From the NCBI GenBank assembly GCA_024679065.1, contig JAGIQG010000022.1:22816001-22880000 (forward strand): DNA of 64,000 nucleotides. The letters run 5' to 3'. Below the pieces are notes generated by a model. That model saw only the letters and a list, made by a program, of their open reading frames with translations. It had not been told where the DNA came from and made no database searches. Source of the stretch: Sphyrna mokarran. Taxonomy: Eukaryota. Shown here piece by piece: positions 35,905-49,736 of the stretch (the first letter of the stretch is position 1; the number at the start of each line of letters is the position of its first letter). A program made the position numbers and the translations under genes.

Positions 35905-36155
35905 GTTTATTTCTTAATTAGTCATAAGTAGGCTTACATTCACATCATAATGAAGTGACAGTGAAAATCCCCTACTCGCCACTCTCCAGCACACTACACT
36001 GAGGGAGAATTTAGCACAGCCAATGGACCTAACCAGTACGTCTTTTGGACTGTGGGAGGAAACCGGAGCACTCAGAGGAAACCCACACAGATACGGGGGG
36101 GAATCGTGCAAATTCCACACAGACAGTGAATCAAGCCGGGAATTTAACCCAGTCC
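35905..36155 (-). mobile_element. V-SINE, alternative-tail subfamily
   Basis: Same structure as 344-633. Confidence 0.85.
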
Positions 36156-37314
36156 ATACACTTTAATGTCAGAGGGAGGAGATTCTTATTATCATTTTAA
36201 TATTATTCTCCAAAATCAGGCAAGTAAATCACACTAAGAGCAATGCTATCCATCCTTTCTTTAATAATACCTTGCAAAATAATGTATTAATTATTAATAG
36301 TTAATTGTGTTTTTTGCAGTAATTGTAATTTATTTAACAATATTTCCTGAGCAATACTTTTTGTAATCAGGAATTAGTTGCATCAACTTGCCTCAGAATC
36401 GTTACCAATGACTGTTTAGAAAGTGTTGCTTGAGACAATTGAAACTGACTGATTGCTTCACATGTTATCTACAAAAAAAATGCACAAGCAATTAATTTCT
36501 CTTTTACAAGAAGAATATGCATCCAAATGTTAGTCAGCATGGCCTTCCCTTTAAAAGAAGTAGCACTGTTTCGTATTGAAGCTATTAATTATTACACATA
36601 GATTAGATGTCACATTGATGAGAAAACTACAATTTAATGTGCAGTTTTTGGAATTTTACATATTGTGCAATTTTAATTTTATCACCATCTGCAAAATGAA
36701 GTGAACATTTAACTACTTCATGTCTAATAGTTTTTCTAAAGATTGTTGGAACTACTTGTTAATCCTACTTGTCCAATGGATACTGGGTTGGTGTTTAGCA
36801 CCTATCTTGGAATTGCTCGGAGTGAGTGATCCCAGTTTAAACCTGTTCCACAGAGCTGATAGTAAGGGTATCTGTTTAAAACGAATAGAGTTTGGGAGAA
36901 AATACAACTTCCTGAAACGTATGTGTCTCTAATTTTGATCAGATGAAATGGAATGACATCTATTTAAAATGCATCCTCACTCTGTTCCGGACTCGAAACT
37001 CTTCCCAAATCATCCGACACACACTTTAGACTTAGTTCCGTAACCAATATAGTATTATTTGAGCCAATTTTCTGGGGTTACAAACAGACCAAAACTTATG
37101 TTCATTTCCGTGTTTGCATTGCAAAATAATCCTTTGTTGGAATGAAGAAAAAGATTGGCTTTGTTTCCCAGAGGAATGCTGTCAAAACTAATCTTTTCTA
37201 ATGAGTTCTGCCATGGTGGCCCATGGAGGAATCGTCAATAGATCTCTCTATGGGCTGTAGAATACAAATTCCCCAATTAGACGAGTGAAGGCTCTCCAAT
37301 AAGGAGGAAGCAGT

Positions 37315-38060
37315 GTGACAGTGGGAGGTATGGGAGGGTAGTGTTAAAACCAGCTGGCTCTATTCAGGCCGACAGTGAACATACTTGAGGCTTGATCTGT
37401 ATACTGTGGGCTGCTGAACTGCGTTCTGAACACACTATAAATAAAAGGTGATTAGAGGCAGAAGATTGCCCACGGTAACGTCATCACATTAGTGCTGAGG
37501 AGTAAAGCCAATTTATTTCCTTCTCTCCCAGACAAGAAATCCTCCAGAAAATGAAATGCTTCTTTTTGGTAAAATTAAAGCCTAATAATGCAAGACTGGA
37601 TCCCTGTGGGAAGAGTACATGTATTACTTTTTCAGGCTAACAATATTGACGGGGATGAGAAGCAGAACCTGATCCTGTCGGCGGCATGAGAATTCCTGAC
37701 CTTCGATACAACAAAAAACCTGAACCACCCAAAACCATAAATCATACTCTGGCGATACTGCTTTAACAAGACAAGGAGAACCCCTGGGGAGCCCGTCACC
37801 GAATTCCTGACTACATTGCAAAAGTTATCAGAACACTGTGAATTCAGGCTACTCCTGAATGACATGTTGCAAGATAGACTGGTCTGTGTATTTTACAATA
37901 TGACAGTCCAAAAAAAAAATTGTTAAGCTCAATTTGGATCTAAGGAAGGCCATTGAGGTACTTCTATCACTGGAGAATGCAGTGAAAGGAGGCCAGGAAT
38001 TAGAAGGGATGTCAGACAGTAGTGTCATCTGATTGGGGGGATGGACCTCAAGCAATGTCC
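37315..38060 (+). mobile_element. Gypsy-type LTR retrotransposon remnant: LTR 3' part plus decayed gag
   Basis: AATAAA at ~37440, ...CATCACA followed by a PBS-like site, then MLLFGKI..DW..YFF.ANNIDGDEKQ..PKP.II..RYCFNK.RR.PGEPVTEFL..LQKLSEHCEF...LNDMLQDRLVC across frameshifts. Confidence 0.75.
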
Positions 38061-38069
38061 ATCCCTTTT

Positions 38070-38185
38070 ATTTGATTTATTGCCACATGTGTACGTATAC
38101 AGTGAAAAGTATTGTTTCTTGCACACTATACAGACAAAACATTCCATTTAGGAGTGCACAAGGGAGAAGAAAATGAAAGGTTGCT
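38070..38185 (-). mobile_element. Rex1-like LINE 3' tail
   Basis: GATTTATTGCCACATGT...ACAGTGAAAAGTATTGTTTCTTG; another tail copy at 49980-50113 (+). Confidence 0.7.
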
Positions 38186-38756
38186 CTGAGCAGAGGATTT
38201 CCTATCTATCACTCAATACGTGTAATATCCTAACAATGTTAGGGGTTTTGAGTTTCACACACAAAAAAAGATGTGGTAACCACACGTAGATTCAAACTAT
38301 CAACAACAGGTTTATGCTGGGGTCCTTGCCTATGCAGAGCACAAATTGAAAGTAAAATAGAGGCCTGTGACAGCACCCTAATGACATCACCATCGAATCG
38401 TGATCAGCTCTTAAAGCAATCTTCAGCTCCTTCAAATATATAACAGCATGCTAGAAGGGAAGTCAGACCGACTCTTTAAATGCTTCCTTGCCTAAAACTC
38501 TTCAGATAAATATTTGGATTAAATTAATGTTTGATACATGATGTTGGATCTGGGCATCTAGAAGAGTATAAGATGTTTTAAGTCACTCCTTTCATTATGC
38601 TGAAGGTAGATTTTATTGTGTCACTGACGGGGAAACTGTTTTAGGATACAATTGCTTTTACTGTACACTTAGATGTCACTTCTTTAAACATGACAGAAGA
38701 TAGTTAGATCGGAACTTCTCCCTCCGAAATCTTGATGGTTGATATTTATGAGATCA

Positions 38757-38958
38757 TTAATGTAAAGTCACCATAGTCCCAGCTGGCCATAGGCTGCTCT
38801 CCACTTTGAGGAGAAGAGCTGATTTAACCTGAGAATCGCCACACGTCAGCAAGGGACAAAGTTGAGAAGGCAGGGCTTTCATGAACAATGTCAGCTGGTA
38901 CAGGAATTTAATCCATGCTATTGGCATTGCTCTGCACCACAAACCAGCCAACTGGCCC
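38757..38958 (-). mobile_element. tRNA-SINE family 3
   Basis: Homologous to 32212-32310; minus-strand tail GGGACTATGGTGACTTTACATT. Confidence 0.65.
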
Positions 38959-39547
38959 CCACATGATCATATAAGTGACCAGCAATATTGCTCCTGAGGA
39001 TTGACTCAATAACTTGATCCAGAATCAGCAACAAATCCTTTATGATCAGGTTTAGATCAAACCTAATGCACAACAAGTTCCTTTGTGTTCTTGCCTCTGT
39101 AATCCATTTAAACCTCAGACTTGGAAGATTCTCTGGTTGCCTTGAATCCTCTATCAAATTTGAATTTACTTGGCACAAAGATACCCTGGCCCATGGCACG
39201 TCTGAGTGAGATTGCCAAATCACATTTCATTCTGTACTTTTCTTTTCAATGCCTTGGATCTGTGCCCGTTAGTCTTTAAGTGCAAGTTGCCAAACTCATT
39301 TCATGTAGAATCCTCATTGCTGCCAGAGAAGCAGTTTATTCTAATAGACTGGACTAGATCCCAGGTCTCAGAGGTGAACGGAAAGTGCATCTAGCCCACG
39401 CTTCTAACTAGTTCTATTGAAAATATTAGCACTGTGTTCTTAGTAGTGTTTTAGAGAGTCAATAAATGTACACAGCAAGTTGATGTACACAGCAGAGGTA
39501 AACCACTATTATGTTTACCTGTGTTCTTGGTTCCAATTCTGTATAAT

Positions 39548-40070
39548 AAGACTACAAGATTTAGGAGCAGAATTAAACTGTTCAGCTCATCAAGTCTGTC
39601 ATTCATGGTTGGTTTAGATTTCTAACACCTTTCTTCCACCTTTTTCCTGTAACCTTCAATCCTTTACCCAATCAAGACCCTATCTATCTCCTCCTTAGAT
39701 ACATTCAATGACCTGGCCTCCACAGCCTTCTGTGGCAACAAATTTCATCGATTCACCATCCTCTGGCTGAAGAAATTCCTCCTCATTTTGATTTTTAAGG
39801 GTTGTCCCTTTATTCTAAAGCTGTGCCCTGGGATCCTAATCTCTCATATTAATGGAAATGTCTTACCCGTGTCCACTCTATCCAGGTCTTTCAATATTCT
39901 ATAAATTTCAATGAGATTCCTTCCAAACTTCAAGTACAAACCCACAGTGCCTAAACTCTCCTCATACATCAGATTTTTCATTCCTGGGATTGTGAACCTT
40001 CTCTGGCACCTCTCCAGGACAAACACATCCTTAGGTAATGGACCCAAAATTGTTCACAATACTCCAAATC
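39548..40070 (-). mobile_element. Old CR1 3' end
   Basis: ORF 39844-40047(-) KDVFVLERCQRRF..PGM...LIEIYRILKDLDRVD. Confidence 0.85.
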
Positions 40071-40307
40071 TGCAATAATCTCCCTGCACTTCTGTTAGAG
40101 GAAAGATATCGCATAATGATTCATGGAACAAAAGCATCAGCATAATTCAATATGATTTTACAAATATGTAATAACTAAGATTTGCATTTATTTTGGTGCC
40201 ACTAAAAGGCCATAACAATAGTGATCGTTTATAAAGCATCTTTAGCATGAAAAAAGGACAGCAACGTTCTTCCTGTAATAAACTACCATTTTAATCTTCT
40301 AATTAAA

Positions 40308-40607
40308 AAATGCAGAAGGAGGGCATTCCGCCCCATTGAGTCTGCACCAACTCTTGGCCAGCCAGCCCTAACCTCCTCATTTCCTCCACTAATCCTCACC
40401 TAACCTACACACCTGAGACACTAAGGGAAACGTAGCATGATGAATCCATCTCACCTGCACATCTTTGGACTGCAGGAGGAAGCCGGAATGCCCAGAGAAA
40501 CTCTCTCAGACATGTGAAGAATGCATGGAATTTGCACAGATAGTCCCACGTGGTTGGAATCGAACCTGGGTCCCGGGTTTTGTGAGGGGCTGACCATTGT
40601 GCCACCC
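40308..40607 (-). mobile_element. HE1-type V-SINE (diverged)
   Basis: Reverse-complement head, core and tail. Confidence 0.8.
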
Positions 40608-41885
40608 AACTCAGCTTCTACTGTAGCTCAGTTGGTAGTAGCTGGGTTCAAGGCTTTCTCAAGGACTTGAATGTAAAAATCTAGACTGACACTTAGTCCT
40701 ACTCCCAAACACAGCACCTACTATTTTTTGGATGCAGGAATGGGACAGGATTTGCATACATACATTTTGAGGAGGCAGCTGTCCACATAAAACAAAAACT
40801 TCTGCCAGTCACGTCTCATTTTCATTAACCAGGAGGCAGGAAACAAAAAGTGTGCTAGCTCGAGCAGGCCCAAACTCTGAAGTGTCCTTGGGAGAGATGG
40901 AGTGCTCCTCTGATTGTGGTCCCAGGACTCTTTTGGTGAGATCAGGTTCACGTTGGGAGAGTAAGGTGTCTTTAGAATTTTTCAAAGTAACATGGCTCTG
41001 CGTAAAACGTAAGTATGTACATGAACTTACTTGACTTGTCAAGTCACTTGTCAAGAGGAACATGAAAGCTGTCAAAAGTATTAAAGCAACTGTCAAGACC
41101 AACTATCAAAAGTGTCAGAAGCAACTATTGTGAGGAACTGTCAATGCATGTAAGACTCTGGACTTTAAATCTTTGAAGAAACTGTCTGGGCTTTAAAAAA
41201 GAGCATTACTTGCTATTTCACTCTGTCTCTGGCACAAGACTGAGTGTTATCATTATTAGAATTGTTCTTCATGACTGATTTCACAGTAGGGTGTATTTCA
41301 TTGCACAGTTTATTAAGAGTTCTAAGTGGTAAGAGACTTTTTGAAGTGGGACTATGCTTGTTTTTATGTTGCATTAAGCACTCAAATGAAATATTTGTTC
41401 TTATAAGGGATTATTTAGTTGAAGGAATGCAAATGTAATGAATGGGTTTTTATTCATGTGAGTGCTTTCAAAGAAGTAAAGTTTGCAACACATACTTGAG
41501 CCTGATTTTCAAGCCTGTTGGATTCACTAGGTCAGCAGGCCCGAAAACAAATGTAGAATCCACTCCCTGACAAAATTGTCATTTTCAAGCCAAGATCATG
41601 CTGGTTGGCTAACAAAGACCCACACAGCCTGAAACATATCTTTATACTGGCAGGGAGGGCAGTGCAGAGGTGGAGCTGTCAGATGTTAGTCCAATGGTGA
41701 CCTGGTGGAGGACTCAAAACAGCAAAAGCAGATCCCTGAAGGTTGCCAGGGGACACAGAGGGAGTGGTCAAGTTCCAAGAAGAAAGATTTGTGCAGAATA
41801 GCAATAGCATCCACACCTGCTGGGAACTCCAGGTGAGCGGGCAAGTTCAGTGTTTGCTTGCCAATACATCCTCTGCTCCATCTCC

Positions 41886-42106
41886 GCCTCCAATTCTCAG
41901 GTGAGTGCCTAAGAAACCTTGTGGAGGAGGTTGGTGCCTCCGTGCCAGTTGGGACATTGTGATGACCAATGATATCAAGAGGAGACCACTTCACTTCACT
42001 AAGTAGGTATGGGCAGAGGCAGCAGCCCAGGTCAATGGCCATGATGTGTGTGGCACTCATGGGTGTAGAGCATAAAAGGTTCAATGATCTGCTGCACTCA
42101 GCAAGG
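41886..42106 (+). pseudogene. Decayed Myb/SANT-like ORF, probably from a PIF/Harbinger transposon
   Basis: Across frameshifts: QFSGECLRNLVEEV..DIV...KRRPLHFTK*VWAEAAAQVN....SWV*S..KRFNDL, matching F....L..LV.EV...W..VA..VN...R.W.QC.K.F.DL. Confidence 0.6.
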
Positions 42107-44306
42107 CTGAATACCGAGTCGGCATCGATTTGTTTGAAGCTGGTATTTGTACTCAATCCCACCCATTGATGCTCAGAGACCTAACAGCCTGAGTGCTAAC
42201 AGTCACCAATATCAGTGCCAGCCAAGGCAATGAGCTCTGTCCACTTGCTCTGGAGGTTGAGGGTTATGACTCTGTCGTGCCCTGCAAAGAGTTCCTTAGG
42301 TGAATTTGGCCAGATGCAGTAATGCTGCAGATAGAGGGTGGAGTCCTCAATGCTGCGCTGTGCTTTCAGGGGAAAAGAAGCCATTGAAAATGGGCAGTGG
42401 TCCCTCAAACTTGATGATTCTGATGAGGTACCAGATAGATCCCCTGAGTGTTGACACCCGACTCAGTCCAGTGGTTTTGGAGAGCAGGGTCTCTGACTAG
42501 GTAAAAGTGCAGATCGCAGCAGTATTAGAGTCAGGGTTGGACACATTGTTGTGTTGTCTCTTCTGAAATGGCAACCTCAAACCTGGAGTCACCATTTTTC
42601 CCATGAATGATGATGGTACCATGATGCAGATCTCCATTAGCTCTCCAGTCCGCCTAGCATGCACAGCGACAGTGTGATGACTGATACTTCTGCCATATTG
42701 CTTTTCTTCCCTAGAATCACCTTCCAGCAGATAATTTCAGGACCCCAAGTAGCTGTCATCATCTCTGGAGGATTGTCATCTGTCAAATGCCCTTGTGTCA
42801 CACCACTCTCTCTGCACCAGCGCAAATACAAGCACCTTAGTGGACATTTCATCTTTGGCTACAATGTCAGGGAGTAGAGTGTGGCACATTTGCATGAGGA
42901 GCTTGTGGAAACAGGGAGTGCCCAGGGTGAAGGCGGTTAGAGGACTGCTGAAAAACAGCACTATGCTGAGTCTGAGACAGATGATAAGTCTCTGGAACTG
43001 TCAATTAGGCAGTGGGTGCTCAATGTCCAGCGGAATGCATAGGAGGATCTGATGAAGATCTTGAGGGTTTGCATGCCATGGAGGACTTGAGATGGGGCAT
43101 AAGCACTATATTGACCTGAACACTGAGCTTACTCCATTAAAGAATGGTGAATCTTACAGAGAGCCAGTTCCTGCAACAGAATCTGGGGTCTCTGAACTTA
43201 TGCCTGGATTGGCAAACCCTCAAACAGGAAGCAACATCAGGCAATCACTGCCAGTATGAGAGAAGGATGAGGCACCTAGTAGCTCTGTAAGGTGCCTGGC
43301 CATCAATGGCGAGCAGTTAGATCCGGACCAACCTTGTGCTGTCTCTCCTCTTTGGAGTGCTCTGGACAGCAGCCGTAACTCCTCTGGCCCTCTGCCAGTG
43401 ACTATGCCATTTGATGAAACTGCGATTTAAATACAGCACTCACAAACATAAGTTCAAATCACTAAGAGGGCATGAAGGACTTTTCACGGGCAATATTCTG
43501 TTCTGCCATTATTTGCTAAACTGTTTACTGGTGTTAACACCTAATAAATTTATGTACATTGTCTGTAAGTGCCAAGAACAAATATATATTGCCTTTGTGT
43601 TAATGGCCTGAGGATGCTTGACTTGTTTTATAGGAGTAGGGCACGTCAATGCTTCACACCGGATATGAGGAGCTATAAATTTTATTGCATTGATATTGAG
43701 TAGTTTTTGGGTGCAATGGAATGGCTCATTATAAACATCTGGTAAGGAAACAGCACCCTGGCACAAGGTAGAAGCATTGCCCTTGAGCCTTGTTGAAGGT
43801 CATTGAATCAAGGGCCCCTTGGTGATCCTGCCTCCATGAGAATCTCAGTCATGTCTTCTTCATATCTTCACCATGTTCTTCCCTGGAATCCACTTCTGAC
43901 CCAATGCTGAAGTTATCATCTCTGGCCTCTGGAATTGCTCCAGTATCCTCATCCTCCAGTGTTTACCATTTAATATTTTAATGACCTTGCTTTCTATTGT
44001 AATTGTCCACAGATGTGTTGCTGACTCCTATGCATGCCCCACTGATTAATATGGCTCCAGTGTGAAATGACATCAGGACGCAAGTTTTCATATAATGTTA
44101 GGTCAGGTGCACCTGACTGTATTTACAGTGTAGAATTCTGGCCTTCCAGCTTTCTTATATAATTATAAGAAGACTACTGATGCACCCATGGTGCATATTG
44201 GGCGAGTTGACACAGTAGGTATAAGGGCCAAGGATGATGGGTGGGGAAGCATGAGTTGGCATGGAGGGTATGAATCATTATAAGTTGATATACAGGGTGT
44301 GAGAGG

Positions 44307-45255
44307 TGTGACATTAGTGTACATTTAAGAATTTTTTTAAAATCATGTTCTCTGCAGTCGTAACAGGCATTTTTGGTTTCAGCGTTGCTAAAAGTCCTTT
44401 TATTGATATTTCAATGGCTTAAATGTGGTTTTGTTTATTTTTGCAATGGACTTCAGGTACTTTTTGGGATTAGGTTTATGATTAATTTTTAGGAGGAAGA
44501 CAGGTTGGCAGTTCATGTTTTGGACAGTTTTGTTTCCTCATAGGGATTTCAAAGTTTCACTTTTAATTCAGCTGACAATTTAGAAGGGAATGGACATCAG
44601 ACTGAAAGCAGTGTTATTCTCTCTTTCTCCCTGATATTGGAAATCCTGCTGGTTAGCTGAAAGCAAGTCTTCTTATTTTCTTAGAGTAGGAAATCTGTTA
44701 GTGGTTAGCTGGCCTAGATTCTCTCTCAGTCCCCAGTTGGGAAACTGCTCTGATTTCAAACTTTTCTGGGTGTATTCAGAGGGCTGCTAAATGTTACAAG
44801 GCTGAGTAGTCAGAATTTCATTTCTTTAACCAAACGACTGAAGCTGGTCTGACTCCAAAATTGTCTGTGTGCGCCTCAAGAGAATTGTAGCATTCAATCA
44901 GAAGGCTAAATTCCATATCATCTGAGCATTAGTCTTTGCTGTGTTAAACCTGTGAAAAAAATTTGATTTATGGAATTGGTTTAGTTGGAATCGTGTTTAG
45001 CTGTTAAGGTTGATACTATACCATGATTGCTTTTTCTCTTATTTGTAATTGGTTAAAGGTATTGCTAATTTTCTTTCTATACATGTTAGTTGCATTCTTA
45101 ATTAGCTTTCTTTGATAAAAACAAACTTTCTAGTGTGTCATTTGAATCATGTCCAAAGTGAGACACGTCATATTCACTCTAGCCAAATTCAAAGTGCAAA
45201 ACTTATGATCCAGGTAGACTTCTTAAAACACGAGTTCCTGACTTGAATTATAACA
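44307..45255 (+). mobile_element. Candidate solo LTR (~950 bp)
   Basis: TGTGACA...TATAACA termini; near-TSD GAGG/GATG; interrupts a G-rich GGCATG-type repeat that continues on both sides. Confidence 0.5.
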
Positions 45256-45484
45256 GATGCCATGACATGGCATAGGTTGGCATAAATGGAACATGGGGTA
45301 GGTGTGATGGTGAGTGGCATGTAAGGGTGAGGGCTAAAGGGTTGTTTTATATTTTAATGCTTTTTCAAAATCTTAGAAGAAATGCCTCTACATCCAACAA
45401 CCTTTGATTTTGTTCTAGGTCACCCTACCCAACCATTTATTCCCACCATTTTAGAATAAAAATCCCAACTTTTATAAAAATCTT

Positions 45485-45844
45485 TGGGATATGGGTATCA
45501 GTGAAAAGGTCAGTATTTGTTACCCATCCTTAATTGCCCTTAAAACATTTGCTAGGCCATTCAGAGGGCTGTTAAGAATCAATCACACTGGTGTGGATCT
45601 GGAGTCACATGCAGGCCAGATCAGGTAAAGATGGTGGATTTTCTTTCCCAAAAGCATATTAGTGAGCCAGATGGGGTTTTACCACAATTGATTATAGTTT
45701 CATGCTTATTTTTACTGCGAGTGACTTTCAATTCCAGACTTTTATCAATTGAAGTTAAATTCTACCAGCTGCCACATTATGCTCCAATATCATAAACCAA
45801 TGATTGCTAGTCCAGTGACATTATCTCTATCCCACTGTCTCCCC
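45485..45844 (-). mobile_element. tRNA-derived SINE family 2 (older variant)
   Basis: CTGGAGTCACATGCAGGCCAGA...TTAGTGAGCCAGATGGG, homologous to other copies. Confidence 0.8.
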
Positions 45845-48609
45845 TCTCTTCCAGGATGCTTTCTCTTGGGCTGCATTTGTGGAGCTGGGAAATGTCTAGA
45901 TTTTGTGCTCCCAACCTAAAAGCAATAATTCAAGGCTTACAGCACAGCACCAAGGGAGTGCTGCATTGTCACAAGTAGCATTGTGCATTTTGTCCATTTC
46001 AGACTGCTGTGCACACATATACCAGCAGATGGAGTCTGGTAAGAGGAACAATAAACTGAGTCCATATTTAACAGCACATGCATTCAATGGCATGTGGCTG
46101 AATCTTACACTTTCTTCCTAAGCACTTTGCATTACCTGCCCTTGCAGGTGAAGACTAGAAATCGAATGGCATTATTTGAAAAAATTACTCAATTAAATTT
46201 GAATCCATCTCGTTTGAGTGATTTTTGATTTGAAAGAGCTAAATCATTTCTTAAGTTTGTCTAAATTGCACTTAAGCCACTAATAAAGTAATGTTGGTCA
46301 TTTTTGGGGGTCATTTTGAAATTCATTGATTCATTTCTATGCTGTAGATATCTATTAGCAATAATGTGATGATTTCTTGCTGCAAAGAATTTGCTCAAGA
46401 ATAGTTTGTTCTAAATGGATCCATGATATTGGACTGTTAATCCCTAGTTTAAGTGAGTTCCTTCGGCACATGTCACAGAATACACTTGATGCAGAAATAG
46501 AGAGTATTGGGGATTATTGACTAATGTTCATTCTTTCCTGCACGACAAAACTATGAGAACCTTACCTGGGCATTTACACTTACTCAGTACGCCCAGTTTA
46601 TTGAAACAAAATGTTAAAATGGGATAATATTCATCATTTAATTTGATTAAATTGAACATCAGTTCTTCTTCCTCTCTCATTATCAGTCTTCAGCATGAGC
46701 ACTGAAATTATTCAGCAAACTTTTGTTGGTGTGAATTATCTGTGACTTTAATGATCTTTGATCAGTTGATATTTCAATTCTTCATGGCATGTTCTTGGTC
46801 TTGAGTGAAGAGTTGAATTGAACAGTAAAGAGAGATGCTTTTTTTTTGGTGTGAGATGGGAACAAATTAAGGTGGCCTTGCTTGTTTCTTTTATACACAC
46901 ATTAGCTGACATCAATACATTTATGAAAGGAATGTTGCCTGGTTTAGGGAACTGTATTCCACAGTGGCCAATTATGAGCTTTTTTGAGAAAGTGGTTGGT
47001 AATTCATCCCCTAGAGGCTAATGATCAAATATCTTTAGCACTGGATGTAAAAAGCTAAGTCAATGTGTGTGGAGGTGCTTATTCTGCATATAGATAGGCT
47101 TCAAAGTGAAGTTGTCTCAGTAACTTGTACTGAAGTTAAAACCTTTCACCAACTACTTATTGTGTAGCTAATCAGAATTGACATCACAATGACACATTGT
47201 ACTAAACTAGAAGGAAATGCTGAAATCTCTAGTGCGATTCAAAATGGGTAAATAATTGTTATATTTTTAGTGGCTTCACGATTTTGATTTTCCTTCATTA
47301 GTATGACTTTCTAGCTGCCTCTGGCATTGAGGTACAAAAGACAGCAATGCACAGGAAACCACATGCTGAGTCCTTCTCCGGACTGTTCTCTGAAAACCTG
47401 ATGGAATACACCATAGTTGAGATCTTGTGAAATTGATTTAGAAGCGGCGAAATTTTAATAAACCTAAGACCCGAATCATTGCACGTAGCTTTACTCATCT
47501 AACTATAGCTGGGATAACTGCATTAGGCCTCTCTTCATTAAATGTCTCTAGCACTGAAAACAGTCATCAGTTCGGACAAAGGTGAAAGACATTGGTGTCT
47601 GATCTACTTTGGTTCCGTAAATGGACGATCTTTCCAACAGTGTCCTTGGTAACTGATGTCAACCTCGGTTAAAATCAAGACACTTACTCAGCTGCACATT
47701 TGATCTTGGGCTGCACAAAAAGCTTGCTACTGACAATGGGCTGTTATTTTTTTGGAAGTACAAAATTCAGAGTAGATCAGAAAAAGGAAAATAGTTAAAC
47801 AGTCACCTCCTTAAGGTTTTAGACAACAGCTGATGTAGTTTTTAGAAGACAATTTCGGAAAGAGTTGATATTTTGTGTGACACTTGCCTAATACCTTTCT
47901 GGACAAGGATCTGGAAATGATGTGTTTCACCTACACTGTGTTTGCTGCCTCCTCAATGTAATACATTTCATTTGACTATGTTACTTCAGTACAGATATAA
48001 GATGGGTGAACTAACCTAAGAATTTTGGAAAACCATCAAACTGCTCCTCAGATGCCTTGCAATTTGACAAAACAGTGTGAACTATTTAAAAGAAATCACC
48101 CATGCAGGCCATTAAAATTGTTCCGTCTTTTGTATGCCATGGAACAAATATTTTTAAATATTAATTTACATTCTATTACATAGTATCTAATAGAGAATTA
48201 AGTAATTCTGCCCAATCAGACCATGCTGGCATTTATAATTTACATGAAACTCCTACAACCATTCGTCATCTCTCTCTATCAATATTACCTTCTATTCCTT
48301 TCTCCCTCGTGTAGATAGATAACTTCTTTTTAAGTGCACATATGCTATTTACCTCAACTACTTTAAGGACCTTCAGTATCATGTTCCACGTTCTGATTGC
48401 TCTGAGAGAGTAATCTTCTCCTGAATTCCTAAGTGGATTTATTGGTGACTCCATATTTTGTGGCCCCAAGTTATGAATTCCCACAAATGGAAAGGTAAGC
48501 CCTGGGCTACCATTGGGAGTGATAAAGCACCCTTTCAGAGAGTTAAAACATTCTTTTGGGATTGTTAAAATTTGGGATGTTGCATTTTTTTTTAAGCACA
48601 AATTCATTG

Positions 48610-48965
48610 GAACTGTCAAACTGTAAAAACTCTCTGGTTGTCAAATGGTTTTCACAAACTATCCAGCTGTCAAAGAAATATTCAGCCATCAAAGAACTGT
48701 CCAGCTATCAACAAAATGTCCAGCTCTTAAAAAAAGGTTAAGGGGCTTCCCAGCTTTCAAGGAAATGTTCAGCTGTCAAGAAAATGTGAAGGAGCTAACC
48801 AACTGTAAAAGAAATGTTAAGGAGTTGTCCAGCTGTCAAGGAAATGTCCAGATGTTAATGCACTGCCCGGCTATCATGGAGTTTTCAAGGAAATGTCCAG
48901 CTGTCAAGGAAATACCAGAGAACTGACCTACTGTTTAAGCTGTCCAGAAAGTGTCAAAGATGTTC
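48610..48965. repeat. Degenerate ~19-bp tandem array, consensus CCAGCTGTCAAGGAAATGT
   Basis: About ten imperfect units visible, e.g. at 48663, 48750, 48770, 48829 and 48897. Confidence 0.8.
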
Positions 48966-49704
48966 ACAAACTGGCCCGGGATACTAAGTTAGTTTGCATG
49001 GAGGCCGAGAGCAGAGGACAATGGGGGGGACATGGGTTGGCATGAATTGGCACTGAGATATCATGAGGTTAATGAGGTGGGTATGAATTTGCACAATTGA
49101 CATAGGGATATAAGGGGCTATGGAGATGGGCAGTGGGACATTAATTTGATACAAGGGCTTGGGGGCTGTGGGAAGTTTCAATTAGCATTGGTTGGTATGG
49201 ATGAGACGTAGTTTGTATGTGTGTGTGTGTGTTAGGGTGAGCCAGGAGGGCTGGAGGGATGTTTTTGTTTTATGTTTCGTTTATTTAAATACAGCATTGT
49301 GACACAGTAGCTAGTCTTTGCATCTGATTGTTCTGTGTCTCTTGTCCTCATTCTTGTTTCAGCCCATTCCCCCGCACCTCACACCAATCAAAAGTCCCAC
49401 CTGCAGGTATCCATTTTAAAATGTTGGGTTTAGTGAACCCAACCCAGGGATAGAAATCTGGGTCATATTCCCAGTATCAGCCCAATTGAACACCTGTATG
49501 TCAATTCCTTCATAGTTTTAATTCCCAATTAAGTCTCGACCTTGTTTCTGAGCACCTCAATGCTTTGAGTTTCTGACCTGTAGAGAATATAGCATTTTAC
49601 ATTCCCACATGCTTTGATGAATTTCTGAAATTACTGTCTGTGTCAGGGATGGGGGAGGGTGACTTTCTTCATTGGATTGGCACCAGGCTGTATGTCACCA
49701 CCCG

Positions 49705-49735
<31 letters not shown>
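49705..49735. repeat. Poly-C tract
   Basis: About 30 consecutive C. Confidence 0.95.

Positions 49736-49736
<1 letters not shown>

Noticed and set aside
47681-47745. Minus-strand exon ending at a GTAAGTG donor
   Set aside because: The acceptor is preceded by an A-run and the peptide is uninformative.
48610-48965. CRISPR-like array
   Set aside because: Eukaryotic context, degenerate units, no unique constant-length spacers and no cas genes.
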